The notes under the pieces were generated by a model. It had not been told where the DNA came from and searched no databases. It saw only the letters and a program-made list of their open reading frames with translations. Positions 24,033 to 32,000 of a stretch of DNA of 32,000 nucleotides are shown one piece after another. Position numbers and translations under genes: made by a program. The first letter of the stretch is position 1. Each line of letters starts with the position of its first letter. This stretch comes from Pseudomonadota bacterium (GTDB taxonomy: Bacteria; Desulfobacterota; Desulfobacteria; Desulfobacterales; JAFDDL01): assembly GCA_043797445.1 (NCBI GenBank), contig JAZDPP010000092.1, forward strand, positions 1-32,000. Reading direction: 5' to 3'.

Positions 24033-27000
24033 TTAACCCCGATAAACGGGACTCTTTTCAGTACCCCCTTGAGGGGTATAAATACCTTTTTCCACGGAGC
24101 GCCCCTTCCACAGTTTATAAACCGCCGGGTAGACCAGAAGTTCCAGCAGAAAGGAGGTCAGGAGCCCGCCGATCATCGGGGCGGCGATGCGTTTCATGAC
24201 ATCGGATCCGGCGGAGGTGGACCACATGATGGGAAGAAGTCCCATGAAGGCGGCCGATACGGTCATGATCTTCGGCCGGACGCGTTTGACCGCGCCGTGA
24301 ATGATCGCCTCGTCGAGATCGGCGAGGTTGTTTAAGAAACCTCTTTTCTTGGCATCCTCGTAGGAGAGATCGAGAAAGAGCAGCATGAAGACACCGGTTT
24401 CGGCATCCAGTCCCAGCAGCGCGATCATTCCCACCCATGCGGCGATCGAGACATTGTAGTCGAGAAAATAAAAGAGCCAGATGGCGCCGATCGCCGAAAA
24501 GGGAACGGCCAGCATCACGAGCAGCGATTTAAAGACCGATCGCGTGTTGAAGAAAAGAAGGAGAAAGATGAGCGTGAGCGTGATCGGAATGATCACCTTC
24601 ATTCGCTCCTTTACCCGCAGCATGTTCTCATACTGCCCGCTCCACTGAAGGGAGTAGCCGGTGGGAAGGGTTAACGCTTCGGTCACTTTTTTCTTCGCCT
24701 CCTCGACATACCCGCCGATATCTCTTCCGGTGATATAGACATAGACATACCCGGATAAAAAGCCGTTTTCATCGCGCAGCATGGAGGGTCCCTGCGTCAT
24801 TCGAATATCGGCGAGTAAGCTTAGCGGAACCTGGGCGCCTGTTTCCGTGGGGACCAGAATACGGGCGAGGCTGTCGAGGTTGTCCCGAAGCTCTCTGGGA
24901 TACCGGACGTTGACCGGGTAGCGCTCCCGGCCCTCGATGGTGGTGGTGATATTCTCGCCGCCCACCGCGCTCATGATGATGTCCTGAAGGGCGCCGATGG
25001 TGAGTCCGTAGCGGGCCAGCTGATCCCGGCGGGGTTCGAAATCCAGAAAATACCCCTCGGCCGTTCGCTCCGCAAAGACGCTGCTCGTGCCGGGGACGTT
25101 TTTAATGAGCAGTTCGATTTCCTGCCCGATGCGTTCGATCTCCTTTAAATCCGAACCGAAAATCTTGATCCCGAGGGGACTGCGGATGCCCGTCGAGAGC
25201 ATGTCGATCCGGGCCTTTATCGGCATGGTCATGGCGCCCCGGCTGGTCACTCCCGGAATGACGAGTTTGTCATCCATTTCAGCCAACAGCTCCTCGTAGG
25301 AGAGATGATCGGGCCAGGCGAGCCTTAGAAACGATTTCAGCCAGTCGGGGGCAAGGCCGGAATACCAGCGCTTCTTTGTCCGCCATTCGGTTTCCGGCTT
25401 CAAAACGATCGTTGTCTCCATCATGGAAAAGGGGGCCGGGTCGGTACTGGTGTCGGCGCGCCCGGCTTTCCCGAAAACCCGTTCCACCTCCGGAAACGAG
25501 GTGAGAATGCGGTCCTGCGTTTCCATTACCCGCTGCGCTTCCCCGACCGATATGCCGGGAAGCGTTGTCGGCATGAAGAGAAGCGAGCCCTCGCGTAAGG
25601 GCGGCATGAATTCCGAGCCGAGATGGAAATAGGCCGGGAGGCTGGCGGCGACAAGGAGAAAAGAGACCAGGATGACCGTCTTCGGGCGGCGGATTATGAG
25701 ACGGCAGGCCGGTTCATAGAGCTTAAAGAGAATCCGGCTGATGGGGTGCCTTTCCTCCGCGTAATAGGTGCCGACGAGCGCGTGAGAGGCGACCCGGGCG
25801 AGCCACCGGGGACGGAAGGAAAAGGCGTCCATGCGGCTAAAGAGCATGCGCATGGCCGGATCGAGCGTGACGGCGAGAATGGCGGCGATTCCCATGGCGA
25901 GGTTTTTGGAGTAGGCCAGCGGCTTAAAGAGCCGTCCCTCCTGATCCACGAGGGCAAAGACGGGCAGAAAGGCAACGGCGATGACGAGAAGCGAGAAGAA
26001 GACGGAGGGGCCGACCTCTTTTAAGGCCTCCAGGCGAATCGCGTGAAAATCTCCCTTTCTGCCATCGGCCTGCCAGTGATAAAGCTTGTTGTAGGCGTTT
26101 TCCACCTCCACGATGGCGCCGTCCACCAGCACCCCGATGGAGATCGCTATACCGGCGAGCGACATGATATTCACCGTTACTCCCAGATAGTAAAGGGGGA
26201 TGAAGGAGAAGAGCACCGAGATCGGGATGGTGAGAATTGGAATGATAGCGGAAGGAATGTGCCAGAGAAAGAGGAGGATGACGAGGGAAACGATGATCAT
26301 TTCGATCACGAGCTCATGGCGTAGCGTGTGAAGGGCGCGAATGATGAGATCGGACCGGTCGTAGGTGGTAAGCATTTTGACCCCTTTCGGCAGCGACGGG
26401 GTGAGCTCGTTCAGCTTGTCCTTTACGGCGTTGATGACGGTCAGCGCGTTTTCGCCGTGACGCATGACGACGATGCCGCCCACGGTATCGCCCTTGCCGT
26501 CGAGATCCGACACACCGCGCCGCATCTCCGGCCCCAGCTCCACCCGGGCGACATCTTTCAAAAGCACCGGTACGCCGCCGGGAGCGGTTTTGACGACGAT
26601 TTTCTCAAAATCCTCAAGCGTCCGGCTGTAACCCCGGCCGCGCACCATATACTCCTTTCCGGAAAACTCGAGAAGTCGGCCGCCCACCTCGTTATTGGAC
26701 AGGCGGATGGCCTCGGTCACGCGGGCGAGGGGAAGATTATAGGCCGAGAGCCGGTTCGGATCGACCGTCACCTGGTACTGCTTCACGAACCCGCCGATGC
26801 TGGCTACTTCCGCGACGCCTGGCACGGACTGGACGGCGTAGCGAAGGGTCCAGTCCTGATAGGAGCGAAGGGAATCGAGAGCGTACGTTCCGGACTCATC
26901 CACGAGCGCATACTGAAACACCCAGCCGACGCCCGTGGCATCGGGCCCCAGCTCCGTGCTCACGCCCTCGGGGAGACGCGGCTGAATCTTGGAGAGATAC

Positions 27001-27332
27001 TCCAGCACGCGGGATCTGGCCCAGTAGATATCGGTGCCGTCCTGAAATATGACGTAAATATAGGAAAACCCGAAATCCGACAATCCCCGAATCGCCTTGA
27101 CCTTGGGGGCGCCCAGAAGTGAGGTGATGATGGGGTAGGTCAACTGGTCCTCAATGATGTCGGGGGACCGGTCCCATTTGGAGTAGATGATCACCTGCGT
27201 ATCGGAGAGATCCGGCAGGGCATCGAGGCGGATGTTTTTGAGAATATAGACCGATAACACCCCCACCGCGAGGGTCAAAAGGATCACGAGCCAGCGGTTC
27301 AGCGCGGAAAATTCGATAACTTTTTTGATCAT
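24033..27332 (-). CDS. cusA: Heavy-metal efflux RND transporter (CusA/CzcA family, most CusA-like)
   Basis: 1099 aa: IEFSALNRWLVILLTLAVGVLSVYILKNIRLDALPDLSDTQVIIYSKW, ISIGVLVDGAIVEVENAYNK, PIKARIDMLSTGIRSPLGIKIFGSDL, HGAVKRVRPKIMTVSAAFMGLLPIMWSTSAGSDVMKRIAAPMIGG. Confidence 0.95.
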   Translation of the reverse strand: MIKKVIEFSALNRWLVILLTLAVGVLSVYILKNIRLDALPDLSDTQVIIYSKWDRSPDIIEDQLTYPIITSLLGAPKVKAIRGLSDFGFSYIYVIFQDGTDIYWARSRVLEYLSKIQPRLPEGVSTELGPDATGVGWVFQYALVDESGTYALDSLRSYQDWTLRYAVQSVPGVAEVASIGGFVKQYQVTVDPNRLSAYNLPLARVTEAIRLSNNEVGGRLLEFSGKEYMVRGRGYSRTLEDFEKIVVKTAPGGVPVLLKDVARVELGPEMRRGVSDLDGKGDTVGGIVVMRHGENALTVINAVKDKLNELTPSLPKGVKMLTTYDRSDLIIRALHTLRHELVIEMIIVSLVILLFLWHIPSAIIPILTIPISVLFSFIPLYYLGVTVNIMSLAGIAISIGVLVDGAIVEVENAYNKLYHWQADGRKGDFHAIRLEALKEVGPSVFFSLLVIAVAFLPVFALVDQEGRLFKPLAYSKNLAMGIAAILAVTLDPAMRMLFSRMDAFSFRPRWLARVASHALVGTYYAEERHPISRILFKLYEPACRLIIRRPKTVILVSFLLVAASLPAYFHLGSEFMPPLREGSLLFMPTTLPGISVGEAQRVMETQDRILTSFPEVERVFGKAGRADTSTDPAPFSMMETTIVLKPETEWRTKKRWYSGLAPDWLKSFLRLAWPDHLSYEELLAEMDDKLVIPGVTSRGAMTMPIKARIDMLSTGIRSPLGIKIFGSDLKEIERIGQEIELLIKNVPGTSSVFAERTAEGYFLDFEPRRDQLARYGLTIGALQDIIMSAVGGENITTTIEGRERYPVNVRYPRELRDNLDSLARILVPTETGAQVPLSLLADIRMTQGPSMLRDENGFLSGYVYVYITGRDIGGYVEEAKKKVTEALTLPTGYSLQWSGQYENMLRVKERMKVIIPITLTLIFLLLFFNTRSVFKSLLVMLAVPFSAIGAIWLFYFLDYNVSIAAWVGMIALLGLDAETGVFMLLFLDLSYEDAKKRGFLNNLADLDEAIIHGAVKRVRPKIMTVSAAFMGLLPIMWSTSAGSDVMKRIAAPMIGGLLTSFLLELLVYPAVYKLWKGRSVEKGIYTPQGGTEKSPVYRG

Positions 27333-28723
27333 GGCCCGCTCGCTCCGCTTTTGGAGGTTGTTCCCTGCATCGCCGCGTCGACAATGGCCTGAAGCCGGGA
27401 TTCCGAATCAATGAGGAAATTGGCGCGGATTACCACGTTCTCACCGGCCTCAATGCCCGAGAGCACCTGGGCCTTTCCCCGGCTGATCGCGCCGCAACGG
27501 ATTTCACGCGGCGTAAATCCGCTCTTTCCCGTTTGCACGAAAACAATTTTTCGCGTCCCCGAGTCCATCACCGCCGAGTCCGGAATCACGACCGATTCCC
27601 CGAGATCGAGCATCAGATCGATATCGACGAACATGCCGGGTTTTAAGGCGAGCGAATCGTTTTCAAACTCCAGGCGGGCTTTCAGCGTGCGGCTTTCGGT
27701 ATTGAGAAAGGGCGTGATAAAGGAAATTTTGCCTTTTCGGGAGAACCCCGGATCGAAAGGGGCCGTTAAAATGGCCTCTTGCCCGATCCCAAGGCTTGCC
27801 GCCTCGTACTCGTAAAACTCCGCCTCCACCCAGATGGTGGACAAATCGGCCACCGCAAAGAGCGTCATTCCCGGTTCGACTTTTTGTCCCTCCACCACGT
27901 CTTTCACGGTCACAAGGCCCGATACGGGGGCGAAGACGGGAACGGTCCGCTGGATCTTTTCGGAGGTCAAAAGCGTGGTGATGAAGGCGTCGGGGACATC
28001 GAAGAGCTCAAGCCGCTTTCGGGCCGACTTCAAGAGCAGCGCCGCGGTCTTCCGGACATCGGGGTCTCCGGAGGCCGAGAGCTCCGCCGCGCTTCGCTTG
28101 GCCTGAAGAAACTCTTCCTGGCCTGACACGAGTGTCGGTGAGTAGAGGGAGAGAACCGGGTCTCCGGCTTTGACCGGCTGGCCGGTGTAATTGATGAAGA
28201 GTTTATCCACCCAGCCGTCGATTTTCGTTTGAACGCTTCGCATCCGGGTCTCATCGGCAACCACGCGGCCAACCGTTCGAATCGTGCGATGAAAGCGTTC
28301 CCGAACCGCCGGCGTGGTGACGACGCCCGAGACGCGAACCGCCGCTTCGGAGAGAGTGATCGGCGCCAGTCCTTTCACGGTTTTGGGTAAGGCACCGGTA
28401 TCTTCCGCAAAAAAATCTTCGGCTTCCTCTTCGGGCGTTTTGGTTTTGGGCGCCGTTCCTTCGGCATAGACGGGGATATAATCCATCCCCATCCAGTCCT
28501 TGGCTGGCACCGGGGAGGTAATGGTGGGGTCCATGGGATTCCGGTAGAAGAGGATCTTAGGTTCTCCCGAGGCCGTTTGGCCTCCGGTTATTCCCGAAAA
28601 AAACGGTTTGCCGTAATGCCAGGTGACGAGCGCGGCGGCACCGATGGCGGCCAGGATCAGAAGCGTGATCAGGGCCTTTTTGCGGGGGCGCGATTTTTGG
28701 TTGTGAGCATTCTGATGGTTCAT
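27329..28723 (-). CDS. cusB: RND efflux periplasmic adaptor (CusB-like) with an N-terminal heavy-metal-binding-like segment
   Basis: 464 aa: ILFYRNPMDPTITSPVPAKDWMGMDYIPVY and HlyD/CusB barrel-sandwich segments (GWVDKLFINYTGQPVKAGDPVLSLYSP, FAPVSGLVTVKDVVEGQKVEPGMTLFAVADLSTIWVEAEFYEYE); 4-bp overlap with cusA. Confidence 0.94.
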   Translation of the reverse strand: MNHQNAHNQKSRPRKKALITLLILAAIGAAALVTWHYGKPFFSGITGGQTASGEPKILFYRNPMDPTITSPVPAKDWMGMDYIPVYAEGTAPKTKTPEEEAEDFFAEDTGALPKTVKGLAPITLSEAAVRVSGVVTTPAVRERFHRTIRTVGRVVADETRMRSVQTKIDGWVDKLFINYTGQPVKAGDPVLSLYSPTLVSGQEEFLQAKRSAAELSASGDPDVRKTAALLLKSARKRLELFDVPDAFITTLLTSEKIQRTVPVFAPVSGLVTVKDVVEGQKVEPGMTLFAVADLSTIWVEAEFYEYEAASLGIGQEAILTAPFDPGFSRKGKISFITPFLNTESRTLKARLEFENDSLALKPGMFVDIDLMLDLGESVVIPDSAVMDSGTRKIVFVQTGKSGFTPREIRCGAISRGKAQVLSGIEAGENVVIRANFLIDSESRLQAIVDAAMQGTTSKSGASGP

Positions 28724-28790
28724 ATGTTTCCCTTTGTCTGCGGAATTCTTCGCAGGGGCAATCTCCGGTAATCCATGGTGGGGGGGCGGG

Positions 28791-28807
28791 CCCCCCCCCC
28801 CCCCCCC
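28791..28807. repeat. Homopolymer tract of 17 C, preceded by G7-C-G3
   Basis: Direct reading: ...TGGGGGGGCGGGCCCCCCCCCCCCCCCCCGTAGG... Confidence 0.9.
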
Positions 28808-28897
28808 GTAGGGGCAATCCTATGTGATTGCCCTTTTTTCTCGTGGCGGCGGTTAATAACCCTGAATGAGGGCGGCCACATAGGGCCGCCCCTACGG
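28806..28897. repeat. About 92-bp palindromic MITE/REP-like intergenic element with 10-bp terminal inverted repeats
   Basis: Termini CCGTAGGGGC (28806-28815) and GCCCCTACGG (28888-28897) are perfect inverted copies. Subterminal hairpins GGGCAATC-ctatgt-GATTGCCC (28812-28833, followed by TTTTTT) and GGGCGGCC-acatag-GGCCGCCC (28870-28891). Confidence 0.8.
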
Positions 28898-28930
28898 TGT
28901 TTCTCGATACCCCTTGTGTCGCTGGATTGC

Positions 28931-30472
28931 CTACCAGGAGACCCCCGTTATTTCCCTCAATTCGGCCAGGGCCCGCCCCAGATCGCTCGCGCTTTTTTCA
29001 ACGGCCAGCCGCGTTTCAAAAAGAGCCGTTGCCGTGCCGATGAGCTCCGGAAACGATTTTCCCCCGCTTTCGACGGCTTTGGCGGCAGCGGAAAAGTCGA
29101 GTTGGGCGTAGGCGGTGATCCGGTCCTTATACAGCAGGAACTGACGTCTTGCCCTGTCGGCAGTGAGCCAGGCGTCTTGTACCATGGAAGCAGTGAGTGC
29201 CTCCTCACCGGAAAGTTCCCGGCGAAGGGCCGTCAGCTTTTGTTTTGTCTCCCGAAGATAGGCCTCGCCGAGACCGAACCCCGAATCCCTTGGAATTCCC
29301 GCCCCGGCACCGGCCTCCGAAGTGACGGAAAAAGGCTCCTGCATTCTCATCGTTCCCGCCCGGGTTACGGCCCGGTTGTCGGTAAGGGACAGGTTACCGG
29401 TAAATCCGGGGAAAATTTCGGTTTCGGCCATCTCGATCATTAGCTCCATCCGGGAGATCATGGCGCGCATTTTCCGTAACTCCTGGCGCCGCTCCGCGGC
29501 GAGCGTCGATAGGTGTTCCGGAGAGGGGAATGTCTTTTCCAGCTTGCCGGTCGCTGGGGTACCGATTTTGGCTGTGGCCGGAAGCAGCAACAGCGCTCTT
29601 ATTTTTGCTTCACTATTCAGCTTTTCTGTTTCAAAGGTCGTCAGCTCTTCTTTCATTTTTTGTTTTTGCACCGAAACCGCGCTGAGTTCCTGAACCGGCC
29701 CGGCGCCGGTTTCGTAGCGTCTCGTCGTCGATGATTCCAGGGTTTTCAGAAGCGAGAGGGAGGCGGCGGTAATGTCGATGGCCCCCTCCGCAAATATCAG
29801 ATCCCAGTAGGCTTTTCGAGCCTGTGTCACCGCGCTTCTGACCGCGATTTCGAAATCTTCCCGCGCGATCCGGACTTCCTGGGTGACAATATCGCCTTTG
29901 AGGGAAACGATGCCCGGGAAGGGATACTTCCGCTCGATGCTCTCCATGTCCGACATGGCACCGACGCCGGTCATGATGCTTGCCGTAAAGGCGCCGTACT
30001 GTCGAAGAATTTCCTCCAGATTGGCGGCCTGACTGTAAGCTTCCAGGGTCGCCTTGACCGTGTGCCCGGCGGATGAGACGAGCGGATTTCTCCCAAGGAT
30101 GAGAATTTCAAGCGCCTCAAGAGAAAAACCGTCTTTTAAGGCCACCTCACAGGCGGCATCATCGGTGAATGCCGGAGAAAGCGCTTCGTGCCGCGAGGCG
30201 TTCGGCGTATAAAAGACGGCATCGGGCCGGGGGGCGGTCAGCTCCTTTTCCCCCTTTTCTTTCAGCGCCGTCCAGTCGAATTCCGGCGGATGGATTGGCG
30301 AATCCGGCCTTATCGATGGGAGCGGTGGCGGGGTAACGGCGCTGCTTGTCGCGTGAAACATGGGCGGCGGTTCGTACCGGTCCATCTCCGAAATGACGGC
30401 GGACCGGCCCGCGCATGCCGAGAGAACGGCCGGAAGCAACACAACAAAGCTGAATAAACGCGATCGGTTCAT
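28931..30472 (-). CDS. TolC-family outer-membrane efflux protein (probable lipoprotein)
   Basis: 513 aa: signal/lipobox-like LLPAVLSACAG; tandem TolC-like coiled-coil segments (ARKAYWDLIFAEGAIDITAASLSLLKTLESSTTRRYETGAGPVQELSAVSVQKQKMKEEL). Confidence 0.85.
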   Translation of the reverse strand: MNRSRLFSFVVLLPAVLSACAGRSAVISEMDRYEPPPMFHATSSAVTPPPLPSIRPDSPIHPPEFDWTALKEKGEKELTAPRPDAVFYTPNASRHEALSPAFTDDAACEVALKDGFSLEALEILILGRNPLVSSAGHTVKATLEAYSQAANLEEILRQYGAFTASIMTGVGAMSDMESIERKYPFPGIVSLKGDIVTQEVRIAREDFEIAVRSAVTQARKAYWDLIFAEGAIDITAASLSLLKTLESSTTRRYETGAGPVQELSAVSVQKQKMKEELTTFETEKLNSEAKIRALLLLPATAKIGTPATGKLEKTFPSPEHLSTLAAERRQELRKMRAMISRMELMIEMAETEIFPGFTGNLSLTDNRAVTRAGTMRMQEPFSVTSEAGAGAGIPRDSGFGLGEAYLRETKQKLTALRRELSGEEALTASMVQDAWLTADRARRQFLLYKDRITAYAQLDFSAAAKAVESGGKSFPELIGTATALFETRLAVEKSASDLGRALAELREITGVSW

Positions 30473-31872
30473 GGGGCCTCTTTCGGTTCCGCCGGAGCCG
30501 CCGGGTCTTTTTCAGTCAGATGCCGTCCGGCCAGCGCCTCCAGCCGGGCGAGATATTTACCGTGGTCGGCGCCCGCCCGGGCGAGGGCCAACTGGAAATT
30601 ATACCAGACCGATTCGGTTTCGGCGGCGTCGCTGAAACTTCCCTCCCCCTCGCGAAACCAGGTTTCCGCCGTTTTCACGGCTTTTAAGGCTTGGGGAATC
30701 AGTTGCTCCCGGTATAAAACGACCAGGCGCTCCGCGGTTTGAAGCCGGAACCAGGTTTCCCGGACGGCGGCCAGGGTCTCGTTGGTTTGCACCACCGTCA
30801 TGGCCTTTGCTTTTTCCAACGCGGCCCGGGAGGCATCCATCCGGCCGGTGTTTTTTCCCCACCACAGGGGAATCGTCATGCCGAACTGAACGCCGGTCAT
30901 GTTCTCGCGGGAGTTATCCGGGCTTTCGGGAGCGGTGCTCTCAAATATCACGCCCAGCATGAATTCAGGTAACGTTTCATACCGGGCAACGGAGACCTCG
31001 GCCGAGGATTTCTCCATTTCCGCCCTGGCCATGCGGATTTCTTCGCGGTTCTTTTGGGCAAGGGCATAGATTTCGTGGAGAGTGAAAACCACCGAACGCA
31101 TCGCCTCCCCGGCCACGGGGCCGATCGGTGCTTCCGGCGGCCGGTTCAGCAGCGCGTTTAATCGGGCGATTTCGGTCTTCTCGAGGTCGGACAGCAACAG
31201 AACATCATAGGCGCTCTGGGCCGCCTGGGATTTGGCTTTCATCACATCGATCAGGGCGGCGCGGTTTTGCGCCGCCGCCGTCTCGCTGTTGGTGGTTAGC
31301 CGGGCCAGCAGCGCTTGTGTTTGGCCCGCGATTTTCGTGGCTTTTTGAATATAGGAAAGCTCATGAAAGGATTCACGGATCGCGGTCCCGGTGTCGCGGA
31401 TATTCCGGTCCAGTTCGATCCTTCGCACCTGGGATTCGGCCTGGGCCGCTTTCCCGGCCGCGCTCAATTTCCCCGGAAAGGGAATCGTTTGCGAGATCAT
31501 GGCCTCGACTTTTTTATCGTTCAAATCGTCCGCAATCGATTCCGGCCAGTAGATGACCGATACCTGGGGGTCCGGATAGGCCGTTTTGACCCGCGGAAGC
31601 GAGAGCGATTCGGCCCATCCTTCCCGGCCGGCCCGGATCATCGGGGAAGCCTGGTAAGCGTAGTCCAGAAGGTCTGAAAGGCCGGGGCCTTTGGTGATCC
31701 GTTCTTCAATGGCGTTAAGATCCGGGGCGGGAGGATTCGTCGGTTCAGCGAATACCGGATCCCGCAACCCGGGAAAGAAATACAGGATCGACAGAGCGCA
31801 GCAGGCGATGCGGAAAATCCCGATTCGTGTTTTCTTTTCAGATCTGCGGGTATATGCGAGCGGATCTATCAT
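30469..31872 (-). CDS. Second TolC-family outer-membrane efflux protein
   Basis: 467 aa: LLDYAYQASPMIRAGREG..., YPDPQVSVIYWPESI, ISQTIPFPGKLSAAGKAAQAESQVRRIELDRNIRDTGTAIRESFHELSY, NMTGVQFGMTIPLWWGKNTGR; 4-bp overlap with the next gene. Confidence 0.88.
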   Translation of the reverse strand: MIDPLAYTRRSEKKTRIGIFRIACCALSILYFFPGLRDPVFAEPTNPPAPDLNAIEERITKGPGLSDLLDYAYQASPMIRAGREGWAESLSLPRVKTAYPDPQVSVIYWPESIADDLNDKKVEAMISQTIPFPGKLSAAGKAAQAESQVRRIELDRNIRDTGTAIRESFHELSYIQKATKIAGQTQALLARLTTNSETAAAQNRAALIDVMKAKSQAAQSAYDVLLLSDLEKTEIARLNALLNRPPEAPIGPVAGEAMRSVVFTLHEIYALAQKNREEIRMARAEMEKSSAEVSVARYETLPEFMLGVIFESTAPESPDNSRENMTGVQFGMTIPLWWGKNTGRMDASRAALEKAKAMTVVQTNETLAAVRETWFRLQTAERLVVLYREQLIPQALKAVKTAETWFREGEGSFSDAAETESVWYNFQLALARAGADHGKYLARLEALAGRHLTEKDPAAPAEPKEAP

Positions 31873-32000
31873 GTCGTTTTCCTTACCCCCTTCGAGCGGT
31901 TGAGAAATTCTTCCCCATCCGGGATCTGTTTTATTTCAGCGTATAGGTAAAATTATCCTTTATTGTTTTGTCCCCCGCAACGATTTTACTGGTGAGCGTA

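Noticed and set aside
28775-29443. 222-aa plus-strand ORF (and other long plus-strand ORFs over 24-32 kb such as 25623-26024, 26328-27122 and 31128-31556)
   Set aside because: They lie antisense to well-supported RND and TolC-family genes, have low-complexity shadow-like translations and show no recognisable domains.
1-32000. CRISPR arrays, rRNA and tRNA genes
   Set aside because: No regularly spaced direct repeats, cas genes or rRNA-like segments were seen, and no cloverleaf tRNA with TTCRANN-type arm was recognised by eye.

Overview
This 32 kb window looks like an anaerobic, probably deltaproteobacterial chromosome segment; that assignment is inferred from gene content only. The centrepiece (about 7.7-17.9 kb) is a candidate aryl phosphorylation/(de)carboxylation locus. 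It encodes a PpsA-like phosphohistidine-domain protein (614 aa), a separate PpsB-like PEP-synthase ATP-binding protein (364-aa ORF), a UbiD-family decarboxylase, a UbiX-like flavin prenyltransferase, an aryl/acyl-CoA ligase-like AMP-binding enzyme, a Tm-1-like/UPF0261 protein, a LysR regulator on the opposite strand and a 213-aa protein made of two related halves. The order (ppsA, LysR, ubiD, ppsB) is unusual, no CBS-type PpsC is visible, and the substrate is unknown. Upstream are the 3' part of an ISAzo13-like transposase, a ChrB-like protein, a decayed Fe-S protein gene, an IHF/HU protein, a CheD homologue with Ser at the normally catalytic Cys position, an acetyl-CoA:succinate CoA-transferase, a cupin, a cold-shock protein and a YceH/DUF480 protein. 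Downstream are RsgA, three type II toxin-antitoxin pairs, two attC-like imperfect hairpins of 57-60 bp, an acyl-CoA dehydrogenase with a TIGR04076-like protein, a compact structured intergenic element, and a heavy-metal RND efflux operon with two adjacent TolC-family genes and a C17/terminal-inverted-repeat element in an internal gap. All family calls come from reading the translated sequences by eye; no database search was run.
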